DNA of 64,000 nt from Cyanidioschyzon merolae (lineage: Eukaryota), in NCBI GenBank assembly GCA_000091205.1, contig AP006495.2. One strand, given 5' to 3'. Below are positions 43,189 to 54,070 of this stretch, in pieces; the first letter of the stretch is position 1, and every line of letters begins with the position of its first letter. The notes beneath the pieces are model-generated. The model did no database searches, had not been told where the DNA came from, and saw nothing but the letters and a program-made list of their open reading frames with translations. The translations under genes and the position numbers were made by a program.

Positions 43189-45609
43189 ATGGAGCTTGTT
43201 GTCACGAGAGACGGTTTCGGTGACTCCGAACAGAGCACGCCGCTCACCGCGGTGCGTCCAGACACTACCTGTAACGAGGACGTTGACGAGGTCACTGGCC
43301 AGGTAGGGCCAGCTCCTGCGAGCGAACCAGAAAAGTTTTGGGTACATCTAGGCCAGCTCCTCGGAGCCTTTGGAAGTTTTAGAGTTTTAACTGAATTTTT
43401 GCACCGGTTTCTGGAGGCCGAGGCCTCCATCGCCGGAACCGCATCACATAGCACTAGCGCACCATGTTCGTGCACTGAGGCAGTACGTTCGGCAGGACAG
43501 CACGCATCTTCGCAATCGTGTTGTATGCATGGAACTGGATCTCGGTTTAGAATGTCGCTACGAAGGTACAGAAACTGGCTTGTGCCGCTCACTGCTTGCG
43601 ATCTTGAAAACGAGTTGGACGCAATATCCCCCGAGCCAGCGGCAGCGCGCCTGGGGAACACGGCTCCTTTGTATAGTGCAGGTCAAGAGAACCCATCCGC
43701 TCAGATATCCGATGTTTTTATACAGAAAAAGGCTCGTAACCGATATTTGCAGTGGGTTCGCTTACGTGCTTGGCTTCAAGAAAGGCTCATATCGTGTGCG
43801 CATATGCGTTTGCCTTCCTTTGCGCCGCGGTGGAGCGAATTCTCGATGGAAAACTTGCCTTCTTTTGAGAACATTCGAAAGAGCTTGTTTTTAATGAATT
43901 GGCGGTGCATGTGGAGTTCATTACCTGAGTCAGCGGTTACCGTTGGCACGCGCCGACCTGCAGATCACCGGGACTCGCTTATCTTCACCTGCTGGTTCAG
44001 CAAAAAGGATACGATTACCGAGAAATCCTGCAGGAAGAAACGACTTTGGTCGAGTAGGTTGCTGTGGAGAGCGCAAACTACAAACGATGGATTCACTCGT
44101 ATCCATGGTGCGACGAGGAGCTCGCGATGTTCTGCTTCGGAATCAGTACCAAAATCCGCTGAGCTGGACAGGGATGCGAATACGAGCGAACGCATGTGCG
44201 ATGGCGATCCCACACCTCCACAACCTGCATCGGTAGCCATGCATTCTTCACCACAGGTGCAGCACGAACAGGAGGATGCACGACAGCTGCGGTGGCTGTA
44301 TCGCTTGCCATGGACACAGAGAAAATGGATATGGTGCGAAACGGATGAGAGCACGCACCCTGGAGCAGAGGGCTCTCGTGCCACCGGAAACAACCAGAAT
44401 GCACGCAGCATCGAGACATGGCGAGTGCTGGATAGCCTTTCTCTCGATCTGAATCGCGTCTCAAGTTGGCTGACAGCACGTCGCTTATCTTCGACTTTTG
44501 AGGAGTGGGATGCGGACGAGGAGCCGCCACTGGATCCATCTGCTCCCCTAATCATTTCAGCAGCGCGGAGTTCAACTGCAGAAGACGACAGCCCGCGCTT
44601 TAACTTGTTGCACGGGGTCACGGAGACAGCAGCAGATACGCAGGAATCAATACAAGCAGACACGCAACTGGACGCTGCGAATCATCACCAGGGAAACTCG
44701 CCGGGATCGTTGCGCAGCGCCTCAGCGGGGCAATCGCGAATGCGCATGGAATTCACGAGCGACGAACATACTGTATTTCAGGACGATTCCTCGGCGAGCG
44801 GATCCAGGGTGCCTAGGCACTTGCGGGAACCCATTCAGCGGCTTACAATGAATCTGCACTTTCTATTGGATAACCCGCACCTGAACGTAGCCCCGTATGA
44901 ACGCCTTGCGAACATGGGTAGCTCTAGTTTTGACGACCTCTCCGCACTGGATCACGCTCAACGCCATCTGGGAAACGTGGAGAATCTGCGGACCCACAGC
45001 GGACTCGACCCTGAGACCATCGAGAGATACACGCTCGTCGGCTCTGTAACCGAAGAGGGAATCCCAGTCATCGGGACCTTGAATCCGGGGCCGCTAGACC
45101 TAGAACACTCCTCTACATGGAACTCGAATGATGACTCAGGTGCTGACAATGCAAATCAGGTAACTAGAATGGCATCAGACGCCGCTCGCGTTAGCGCTCC
45201 CGGCGAATGCTGCTGCGTCGTCTGTCTGGAGCCAATGCGCCGAGCGGAGATAGTTCGAATTCTGCCGTGCTGCCATTTTTATCACAAAGATTGTGTGGAT
45301 CGCTGGCTCCAACGGCATAAGCGGTGCCCCGTTTGCAATGGTGACATCGAACAGCTAGCGCTCGCTTTCTCTGATCCGAGTGCCGGCTGCGACAGCGGCA
45401 CGCAGGGCGCCAACGGATCAGCGCGGGTGGCTATCCGCGGAGGCCATGCGGCGTCCCGTCGTGATCGACTGAGGCGGCGCTACCGTGCTGGGGATCGAGC
45501 TCCGAGTCCTGCGCTCTTTTTTCCGAACGAGGACCCGCTGGATCTCATTGAAGCAGATGGCGCCTGGTGGGACTGGTTCCAAGGCCCAGCGCCGCACGAG
45601 CTTGAATGA
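43189..45609 (+). CDS. RING-H2 finger E3 ubiquitin-ligase-like protein (large, mostly low-complexity N-terminus)
   Basis: The C-terminal 'CCVVCLEPMRRAEIVRILPCCHFYHKDCVDRWLQRHKRCPVCNGDI' has C3H2C3 RING-H2 spacing. Confidence 0.7.
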   Translation: MELVVTRDGFGDSEQSTPLTAVRPDTTCNEDVDEVTGQVGPAPASEPEKFWVHLGQLLGAFGSFRVLTEFLHRFLEAEASIAGTASHSTSAPCSCTEAVRSAGQHASSQSCCMHGTGSRFRMSLRRYRNWLVPLTACDLENELDAISPEPAAARLGNTAPLYSAGQENPSAQISDVFIQKKARNRYLQWVRLRAWLQERLISCAHMRLPSFAPRWSEFSMENLPSFENIRKSLFLMNWRCMWSSLPESAVTVGTRRPADHRDSLIFTCWFSKKDTITEKSCRKKRLWSSRLLWRAQTTNDGFTRIHGATRSSRCSASESVPKSAELDRDANTSERMCDGDPTPPQPASVAMHSSPQVQHEQEDARQLRWLYRLPWTQRKWIWCETDESTHPGAEGSRATGNNQNARSIETWRVLDSLSLDLNRVSSWLTARRLSSTFEEWDADEEPPLDPSAPLIISAARSSTAEDDSPRFNLLHGVTETAADTQESIQADTQLDAANHHQGNSPGSLRSASAGQSRMRMEFTSDEHTVFQDDSSASGSRVPRHLREPIQRLTMNLHFLLDNPHLNVAPYERLANMGSSSFDDLSALDHAQRHLGNVENLRTHSGLDPETIERYTLVGSVTEEGIPVIGTLNPGPLDLEHSSTWNSNDDSGADNANQVTRMASDAARVSAPGECCCVVCLEPMRRAEIVRILPCCHFYHKDCVDRWLQRHKRCPVCNGDIEQLALAFSDPSAGCDSGTQGANGSARVAIRGGHAASRRDRLRRRYRAGDRAPSPALFFPNEDPLDLIEADGAWWDWFQGPAPHELE

Positions 45610-46722
45610 GCCGGGCATTTCGCGGATAACCGGTACCAGCATCTTTCTCAGCGTTCCCGACGACGATTCCTGACCCTCTCACCGCGACAACCTGTATGCA
45701 TTGGATGGGGCAGTTGAGGCTTCTTCGCTTTCCGCCATGTCGTCTCACATATTGTTATGTATTCACGAAGCTCGAGACAAGTTCCTGCCTCTCGGGTGGT
45801 TGAATGTCGAGGATCCGCAGATCCATCCAGAACCCTCCGAGTGCACGAAACCAATATTTAGCAGCCTCTAGACCCCAAGATAAAATGCGAACGCGCCAGC
45901 GTTCTATCAACCACATTGCCGTGTTTCTCTTCAGATTCGTGCACTGAACGATCCCGCCATCCCGCGCACGCCGTGCATGCTGCAGTCGCGTGCGATCGTG
46001 CAGGAAGCGCCACCGCCATCGCCGCGCGCAGCGTCGACCGCTCCGCGTGCGCTTATGGAATCGGACATCCGCTGTCGTACGCGTGTTTGTAGCTCGCTTG
46101 CGTATCGCTGATGCATTCGATTGGAGCATGTAGCGCATGAAGTGCATCGGTATTGCGGGTGCGCTATGAAAAATATTCCAGGCATCCGCCCGGCTCCAAA
46201 GAAATCGCACATCCGCTCTAATCCGCATGCGACCCCGCACAAGCGCGCCCGCGATGCGGGGTGTGCGTGGCACCGCCCCCGAGCCCCGGTGCGCTGATTC
46301 GCTGCGCGGCGGCGGCGGCACTTATGGTCTTTGCGAGCGCGCTGGCCCAGTGGGCACGCAACAACTGCTGTCGGCGATCGTCGTCCGCGGTGGAAGGTGC
46401 GCGTCGCGGGCGCTGTGCCGCCGCTGCCCCCTACGATGATGGAGCTTCCGCGACGCTTGCCGCACATGTGGGCAGCGCATTTTTGTTCAATGATGGATGA
46501 AGCGGACATCTCTCGTGCGTCGCGCGCCACGCTCCACGTGTCCAGGTTTATCCAGGGCGGCCATTGGCGCGCTGTCCCGTCGGTTTTTGCTTCAAACGCA
46601 TCGTTTGGCGAAAATGGCGCTCGTTGCACGCTTCACTGCGCGGGAGAGCGCGTTCGTTCATAACTGACGCACCGCCCCAGAGTATACAAAGCAGTTCGCA
46701 AAGCAAAGAGCGTTGACTGGAC

Positions 46723-47862
46723 TTGACTATGACAGAGGAGGAAATAACAGCTCTTGTGATCGATAATGGTTCTGGGATGGTGAAAGCGGGTTTCGCGGGA
46801 GACGACGCGCCCCGTGCAGTTTTCCCATCCATAGTGGGACGTCCGCGACACCAAGCAGTCATGGTTGGCATGGGGCAAAAAGACTCTTATGTGGGCGACG
46901 AAGCGCAGTCGAAACGCGGTATCCTATCGCTCAAGTACCCGATCGAGCACGGCATCGTAACGAACTGGGATGATATGGAAAAGATCTGGTACCACACTTT
47001 TTACAACGAGTTGCGCATCTCCCCCGAGGATCATCCAGTGTTGTTAACCGAAGCACCTTTGAACCCGAAAGCCAACAGGGAAAAAATGACCCAGATCATG
47101 TTCGAGACGTTCAACGTTCCCGCGATGTACGTCGCGATCCAGGCAGTATTGTCGTTGTATGCTTCGGGGCGCACCACGGGTATTGTCGTCGACAGCGGCG
47201 ACGGTGTGACGCACACTGTGCCCATCTACGAAGGCTATGCCTTGCCGCATGCTATCATGCGCATAGATCTGGCTGGACGAGACCTAACCGACTATCTCGC
47301 CAAGATCCTTACAGAGCGCGGATATTCATTCACGACGACAGCCGAACGAGAGATCGTGCGAGACATCAAGGAAAAATGTTGTTATGTGGCACAGGACTAC
47401 GATCATGAGTTGGAGATTGCCTCATCGCAGCCGGCGAAAATCGATAAGCAGTATGAACTCCCCGACGGACAAATCATCACGATTGGGAGTGAGCGTTTCA
47501 GATGCCCGGAGGTGCTCTTCCAGCCGTCCTTGATCGGTATGGAGGGCGAGGGTATTCATAATGTTGCTTATCAGAGCATCATGAAATGCGATGTCGACAT
47601 CCGGAAAGATCTGTACGCAAACGTGGTTCTCAGCGGCGGCACGACGATGTTCCCAGGCATCGCGGATCGGATGCAGCGGGAACTCGCTAGTGTTGCACCA
47701 TCTTCGGTGAAGATCAAGCTTGTAGCGCCAGCGGAGCGCAAATATAGCGTGTGGATCGGCGGCAGCATTTTGGCCTCGTTGAGCACTTTTCAGCAGATGT
47801 GGATTAGTAAGGCGGAGTATGACGAGTTCGGACCCTCTGTGGTACACCGCAAATGTTTCTGA
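46723..47862 (+). CDS. ACT: Actin (intronless)
   Basis: Full-length 379-aa actin: '[34 protein letters not shown]...', '[22 protein letters not shown]', and the C-terminal '[38 protein letters not shown]' equivalent. Confidence 0.97.
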   Translation: MTMTEEEITALVIDNGSGMVKAGFAGDDAPRAVFPSIVGRPRHQAVMVGMGQKDSYVGDEAQSKRGILSLKYPIEHGIVTNWDDMEKIWYHTFYNELRISPEDHPVLLTEAPLNPKANREKMTQIMFETFNVPAMYVAIQAVLSLYASGRTTGIVVDSGDGVTHTVPIYEGYALPHAIMRIDLAGRDLTDYLAKILTERGYSFTTTAEREIVRDIKEKCCYVAQDYDHELEIASSQPAKIDKQYELPDGQIITIGSERFRCPEVLFQPSLIGMEGEGIHNVAYQSIMKCDVDIRKDLYANVVLSGGTTMFPGIADRMQRELASVAPSSVKIKLVAPAERKYSVWIGGSILASLSTFQQMWISKAEYDEFGPSVVHRKCF

Positions 47863-48424
47863 GGCAGACGCTTGAAGCGCTGGAGAATTCCATTCCAGAC
47901 CGGTGCGAATCCGGCGTCGGTTATCCTGATTGGAGTTATGGTAGAGTCTGCGCGAAATGCAACGTAAAAGGACGGTTGCTCGGGTGTCCTTCCTGTGAGC
48001 GCATTACCCCCGATATTCCAAGCAACGCAGCGATCATATCGTGGAATCGTAGTTTGAACGCAGAGCTTGTTCCGCTGTTGCGAAGGGTCGGCTGCTGATA
48101 GTGTTGCTGTCTTTGGCAGATATCCATCGCTGAAATGGCAAACATGAAAGCTGCTCCACCGTGCTGTGGTGCCCGCACCGACGCGATCGGCGTCATAGCG
48201 AGTGCTCGCGGTGAGCTCGGCACCCGGGGATTGTACGAACTGACGAATATTCCCAAAGGCAAGTATGGGCGAGGGCACCTGTATCTCGGGGGTGGTTCAG
48301 CGCCGAATGCAGCACGCTCTCCGGGACGCGCATCGCAGTCGTGAAGTCGGAGATCCGCCGGTTCTCTTTTTTATTTGGTAAAACATTTACACACAGGCCA
48401 GCGTTGCTCATCTGTGCGTTTGAT

Positions 48425-48635
48425 ACCAGCGCGCGGTGAAGCATCCATCGCTCCACACCCTACTTCCAGGCTCCGTAGCCCATACTTCTTCTCGGGTATA
48501 ATGGTGGTTTGATGCTTTCAATCGAGCACCTAGTGCCTTCCCTGATCGTCCGCTATAGCGCCTATAGCGCCGGTGCGGTTGCAGCACGGAGACGGAACGG
48601 CTTTGCAGTACCGCGGAGGGCATCGGCTCGAGGAT
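48425..48635. repeat. Dispersed repeat family X, copy 2
   Basis: Aligns with 16400-16615 in the same orientation. The ORFs 48408..48695(-) and 16384..16857(-) share the peptide 'RRY.GRSG.ALGAR...H...EEVW', which reflects this nucleotide repeat. Confidence 0.7.
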
Positions 48636-49510
48636 TCCCTGGCTCATGTGAACGCTGCTACATACAAGAAGCTCGTCAATGATAGAATATACCAACCTTG
48701 AAAATTGGCACTTTCAAAGAGGACACCAGTCTGTGTTCGACTGGAGCATACTGGAGCCAGGCGCAGTCCGCTGCAAAGGCATCCGGAGGGTTCCGTTTGC
48801 GCTTCCTGAATTCCCACTACTCCCACCAAACACGCTGAGCGGCGGTACGCCCTTTTAGAGCAATTGAAAACCGCAGCATAGTTCTTTTCAAAGCTGGACA
48901 ACGAGAAACCATCGCTGCGGCAAGCCTTCGTATCCACGTCTCCCTCTCCGCTTCTAGAGTGTGGTTGCCCCTTGTCGCGGATACAAGCCTCAGGCGCCTA
49001 TTCACGATAGACAGATACAGCCCACCGGTCTGCGTCACTCCTAGAGAAAGGCGCACCAAACGCACACATTTCCCACCACTGATTCTATCCAACCATTCTT
49101 AGTTGCGACTTTTTTGGTGTAGGATCGTTTACAGTAACCAACGGTTCCGGAGTGCCGCATGGCTTTCCCTAACTGGGGCCTCAGATACCAAGCGCCGGCT
49201 GGTCGTGCGCGCCGATGCCATGTACGACCAGCCGTTAACGAAATCGCAGCCGACGGATCGCTGCGCGCATTTTTGAAACGCCTCGAACTGGGGCGAGTGC
49301 TCCCGAGCGGCACTTCTGCTGACGTCGAGGACGTTTGCCTGCACGATCTTTGCGGAAACGAAGGTGCCGACAGACGTTGTGCTCGGCGCTTTCTTATTCC
49401 AGTGCTTGTCTGCAGAAATTCCGTCGCGAGAGATATTTGTGTGGCGCACCATCCGTCAGACTTGTATAACGGTGCTTTCTGGTACTCGTTGCCGCCGTTG
49501 ATTTGGAGCT

Positions 49511-52500
49511 ATGGAGCGACGAGCGAGTGGCTCGCGAGCGCCATTGACTCCAGTACAGCCTGTTAGCGAAGATGTGCCGCAAAGCCGGGGGAGAACTCCC
49601 GAAGAAACCCGACAGACAACACCAGAGCGTGCCCTGAAGCGTGCGCTTTCACCGACTTTCTCCGAGAAGACTACGAAAAGCAAGACAAATTCAATCCATA
49701 GTTCGAAAAACAAGCGAGTCTCCTTCGGAGGTCAGGAAGTGAAGTTCTACGAACGTCATGAGTTTGAGTGGTCTTCGCCGCCGGCACCGTCCCCGTCGAG
49801 GCGTCAGTCTCTGGAGCCGCAGGGAGACCACGCATATCCCGGTGTTGCGTCGTCGAGCTTTGCAGGGCGCGTTTCGAACACGCCCAGCGCTTATGAGCAC
49901 GAACCGAATGTGCGTGCCGCAGCAGCAAAGACGCATACTGGAAACAACACACTAGACGCGCCTAGTCCGCATCGTGACCTGCCGCACTTGCTCGCGACTG
50001 CATGCCCGACTGTGGGGTCGATGGAGAGCGACGACGACAACACGATACAGAGCGGCTCCAGTCTGAGCGAAGCGACGCTAGCGCAAGTGGCCTACGGAAT
50101 CAGATCCTATGCCTCCGGCGCCGCAGATGATGCAACGTCTTCAACGAATGAGGACGACTCGCTTCAGTACCGAGAACGTTTCAGCGGAAGCAGTGAGGGC
50201 CTCAGCCTGTTCATGGATGAAGACATCACGAAAGCAGTCGGACATCCGCGCATGTCGATGCCTCTGACTGGGACGACGTCCCTAACGAGGAGCGTCACGC
50301 GAACGCTGCTAACCGGGGGCGAGCGCTTCGGCCGGCGGGCTTCGCTCAGCCGGCCACCTCTGCCGCGCCCTCGGCGATCTTCAAGGCTATCGACCGGCTC
50401 GTGGCGTGCAACGAGCAACGTTGACTATCAGGGAACAACGAGGGGGAATCGGCGGGACTCGATCGATGATAATATTACTGGCAAGGTGCCTTCGCTGGCT
50501 GCTCTCATCGACGCTGACTCGGAAGAAACTGCTGTAGGAGATCGCTCGCGCGAGCGCTTCGCCCATGAAACCGATGCGGGGGACAACATACGCCCGTCGT
50601 CCACACCTGGCAAGCTTCGCTACGAGGACGAGCCCCCGAAGTTCCCAAGCATCCAGGAGGGAAGCTCGTCCCAAGAGCCTTCGCTTTCTCATCACAGCGA
50701 CTCGGGCAGGAATTGTGCGAACAGCGAGGATACGCCACGGTGGCGATCATTATGGTCGACCGATATTCGTGATGCTCAACTGGGGATCGTCGCGAACACA
50801 TCGCCCACGGTAGCGACTTGCGTTCCCCCAAGGAAAGAGTCCAATTCACCGATAGCCGGTTCAATATCTGAGGTGCAGCGAGACGAGGAATCTGGTGGTC
50901 TCACGACGGTTCCGGAAACCAGTGCCCTCCTTGAAGACATAACAGGACAGGTGCCGAGGCTAACTGCCCTGATAGACGAAGACAACGAGATATCTGATTT
51001 GCATCTTCAGCAAATGCCACAGGGAAACGGGAACAGTCAAATCAGTGTACATGGGGGCGTTTGCCGCGTAGCGTCCGAACAGGCGAACAGTGCGTCTAGG
51101 TCCTTCGCGGCCGACACAAAGAGTCCGGCCCTGTCGCCGGACCTGACGGCTCGAGACTTGATTCCGCAGCAGAGCGAGAGCCCCCAGCGGCGGGTCACTT
51201 TGGGATCCGTCGGTGCCCCGATTCAACAAAGTACTCGTAGTATGCACGGATTCGATACGAGTACAAGTGTTGCACGGCGTCGATCGTTGGCAGCTAGCGT
51301 TCGACGACTGAGCATGAAAGCGTCGCTTGTGCAGACGCTTTCTGCATCCAAAGAGATACACTTGCGAGAAGTCCATTCGGGAATGAAAGCGAATTCGCAT
51401 TCGAAGTTGGGTGCCTCGCCAGAGGCCGAACCACTCGGCCGAGTCCTGCAAGAACGATACAGTAACCAGATAGTGCGTCTGGAGCGGGATCCTAATGAAA
51501 CAGCGAAAACTGTCGTAGCGACTCAGAGCAGTACGATTGGCAAAGGTGCACCGCGAGATGACACGGGGCTCGAAAGCTCTTCGCTTCCCGCGTCAGAGGC
51601 GTCCGTCGCTTCCGCGCCGGGAAACGCTGTATTCAAGGATTTCCTCTATGCGGCTGGGGTCAGATTCCTCGACGATCTCTCTACGAGGAGGCGCATCACC
51701 TCTTTTGGGGTTCCCAGCAACCGAATATGTGTACAGCCGGATTCGCTCGAACAGCACATCAGAGTCGCCTGCATAACAGTCGCTCTGCTTGGCGCATTTC
51801 AATATTCATGTGAAGTGCTCGCATCAGAGAATGGAAAGCTCGCCACTGAAATCGCGAAAGCTGAGGAGGAATTCCGTACCCGTTGGCTCTTTACGCGGCT
51901 CATTGAGCTCCACTTTTCTGGCTCAGAACCGAATCTACTGACTCGATACCAGCTGCAACTCAAACGATTGAAAAACGTTGGCCGTCTTCGAGCTCGTTGC
52001 GAGTGGTATCTCTGGCGAGCGCGGCACGAGCAACGGATTCAGGTACAGCTCAGAGCCCAACAGGAAAACCTGCAGAACGATCTCGCCCAACTCTGCGGAC
52101 TAGCAGAGAACCTGCGCGCCACGATCTCTGCTGCCACTGAGGATGCGATCACCAGTGGACTGGGGCAGCTCTCCACGGACCCAAAACTCGTACACGAGCG
52201 AAACCTCCACAACCAGAATACTTTACGACACGTCGAAGAGCGCGATGCTCAAATTCAGGAAACACGCTCGCGCCTCGAGCAGCTCCATCACGAACTCAAC
52301 CGGCTTTCTGAACACAAGGCCCAGCTCGCAACCGAATGCCTCGCTTTGCGAACTCGGCACCAGGAGCTCCAGGCAAAGGCTCGTCTCGGCGATGCAGCGA
52401 GCTGCTCGTTAATGCTCGCTGAACAACAGGACTCATTTGATATCCTGGTGTCGTTGACGGCCTGCCGACCGATTTCTATTTCGAACGACACGCTGTGTGT

Positions 52501-53185
52501 CCGTGTCGGGTCTACCGTAGACATTCGATGTTCTTTTGTCCAAGAGAAAATGCCTTCCGACGCATGCGGTTCACTCGTCCTCAACAATGTTCAGGCGTGT
52601 GGCGTGACGCCTCCAAACGAGGCAACGGAAGCGCCGATTCTCATCGAGCGTGTAGCGCAAGCCGTTGTCGCATCGTTTACAGCACAGCAGCGAGAGCACT
52701 TCAGCGTGATGCGAGCCATCTCCGGGAGGCCCCTTTGGCAACTGCGCTGGGTCCTATTCGCCGTCGCTAGAGCAGTAACTGAACTCCAGGCTCTCCTCCG
52801 CAATATTAGCATATGGAAGCGGACCAAGCCATATGAAGTTGAATATCGGGAGTCCCATGATCACGCTGGCCTTGTGCATGCACTCTTTTCTGATATAACG
52901 AAACATATTCGTGTTGAGGTCATCCTCAAGCTAGAGCCGGCATCTCAGGCACTGTGCGGAATCCAGCTTCGCCTGCACGACATTGTTTGGCACCTTCCGA
53001 ACCGCTGCGAGCGACTCTCAGCGTCGTTCGTGGCCATCATATCGAACAACTTGGAACAATGGGCACGACGAGAACAAGACGTTGAAGTTGCACCGCCAGC
53101 ACAACACGTGCGACTCGCAGCGCTTATCGAGACCACCCTCGACGCAGTAGCGCAGACCCTGCAAGAAGCTCGACACGCTCCGTAA
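49511..53185 (+). CDS. Large coiled-coil protein, a candidate KNL1/Spc7-family kinetochore scaffold
   Basis: The N-terminal 'NSIHSSKNKRVSFGGQEVKFY' resembles a degenerate SILK motif followed by an RVSF PP1-docking motif. Three '(D/E)xIT' MELT-like repeats are present: 'MDEDITKAVG', 'IDDNITGKVPSLAALIDADSEE' and 'LEDITGQVPRLTALIDEDNE'. The C-terminal third is coiled coil ('LQNDLAQLCGLAENLRATI', 'IQETRSRLEQLHHELNRLSEHKAQLATECLALRTRHQELQAKARL'). Confidence 0.5.
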   Translation: MERRASGSRAPLTPVQPVSEDVPQSRGRTPEETRQTTPERALKRALSPTFSEKTTKSKTNSIHSSKNKRVSFGGQEVKFYERHEFEWSSPPAPSPSRRQSLEPQGDHAYPGVASSSFAGRVSNTPSAYEHEPNVRAAAAKTHTGNNTLDAPSPHRDLPHLLATACPTVGSMESDDDNTIQSGSSLSEATLAQVAYGIRSYASGAADDATSSTNEDDSLQYRERFSGSSEGLSLFMDEDITKAVGHPRMSMPLTGTTSLTRSVTRTLLTGGERFGRRASLSRPPLPRPRRSSRLSTGSWRATSNVDYQGTTRGNRRDSIDDNITGKVPSLAALIDADSEETAVGDRSRERFAHETDAGDNIRPSSTPGKLRYEDEPPKFPSIQEGSSSQEPSLSHHSDSGRNCANSEDTPRWRSLWSTDIRDAQLGIVANTSPTVATCVPPRKESNSPIAGSISEVQRDEESGGLTTVPETSALLEDITGQVPRLTALIDEDNEISDLHLQQMPQGNGNSQISVHGGVCRVASEQANSASRSFAADTKSPALSPDLTARDLIPQQSESPQRRVTLGSVGAPIQQSTRSMHGFDTSTSVARRRSLAASVRRLSMKASLVQTLSASKEIHLREVHSGMKANSHSKLGASPEAEPLGRVLQERYSNQIVRLERDPNETAKTVVATQSSTIGKGAPRDDTGLESSSLPASEASVASAPGNAVFKDFLYAAGVRFLDDLSTRRRITSFGVPSNRICVQPDSLEQHIRVACITVALLGAFQYSCEVLASENGKLATEIAKAEEEFRTRWLFTRLIELHFSGSEPNLLTRYQLQLKRLKNVGRLRARCEWYLWRARHEQRIQVQLRAQQENLQNDLAQLCGLAENLRATISAATEDAITSGLGQLSTDPKLVHERNLHNQNTLRHVEERDAQIQETRSRLEQLHHELNRLSEHKAQLATECLALRTRHQELQAKARLGDAASCSLMLAEQQDSFDILVSLTACRPISISNDTLCVRVGSTVDIRCSFVQEKMPSDACGSLVLNNVQACGVTPPNEATEAPILIERVAQAVVASFTAQQREHFSVMRAISGRPLWQLRWVLFAVARAVTELQALLRNISIWKRTKPYEVEYRESHDHAGLVHALFSDITKHIRVEVILKLEPASQALCGIQLRLHDIVWHLPNRCERLSASFVAIISNNLEQWARREQDVEVAPPAQHVRLAALIETTLDAVAQTLQEARHAP

Positions 53186-54070
53186 AAACACGACGACGTT
53201 GAAACACGCAAGGTGAACCGGGTGTTTCAAAGACGCGTGTGCTCACCGGTTATCCAGCGAAACGCTACAAAGTCAACGCTGTCGTCGGCAAAAGTAAGCA
53301 CTCGCGCTCCCGAACGAGCCTACCCACAACGACCCTACCAGCGAGCGTTTCCCGGAGGTTCCTTCCCAAAACATTCATTCCGCTGCACCATGCGTCGCAC
53401 GCGTATAGACCAACTGTGCCTGGTGTGTCGACACAGGCTTCACGAGGTCTTTCGCGATGAGCTCTCGAATCGCAGACCGGGCGAGGCTTCCGTTTATTTT
53501 CAAACGTTCCACAAGGACACTCGTGGTAATCAGTTTGTATTTTGCGGCTTCCTTAAGCAGGCGATCGTGCGTTTCGGGATCAAATATTACTTTATGGTCG
53601 GATTTCTCCTTCGTTTTTCCCTTGGACCACTTTTTCTTACCTGCCATTGTGTTGCTCGTGTGAGAGAGCAATGAAATGTCACTGATAGGATTGCGTGGCG
53701 GAATAGATGACGACGTAGCGCGGGCGCATTCTTGTACTTTATGGACAATCTATACATTTGAAAACAAACTGTACAATCGTGGAATCTTTATCCCTGGGCC
53801 TCGAGGCGTAGGCGACGCCCTTAATGGAAATGCCAGTCATTGAAACACACATACTGTTTCGTCTGCTGTGATAGCGTTCGCACCTGCCGGTAAACGAACT
53901 TGCTGCGGCTACGTTTCGGCGGACTTGAACTGATTGCTCCGCGTCGTGATTCTAGACGAGGGAAATTCTTCTCCTTGCGATAACGTTGCTTGCCGGGAAA
54001 CCACTGTCAACGAGGTGAAACCGTGTTGTACGCATCAGCTCCCCAGACGTCCGGGTCGTTTGCGTGACGC

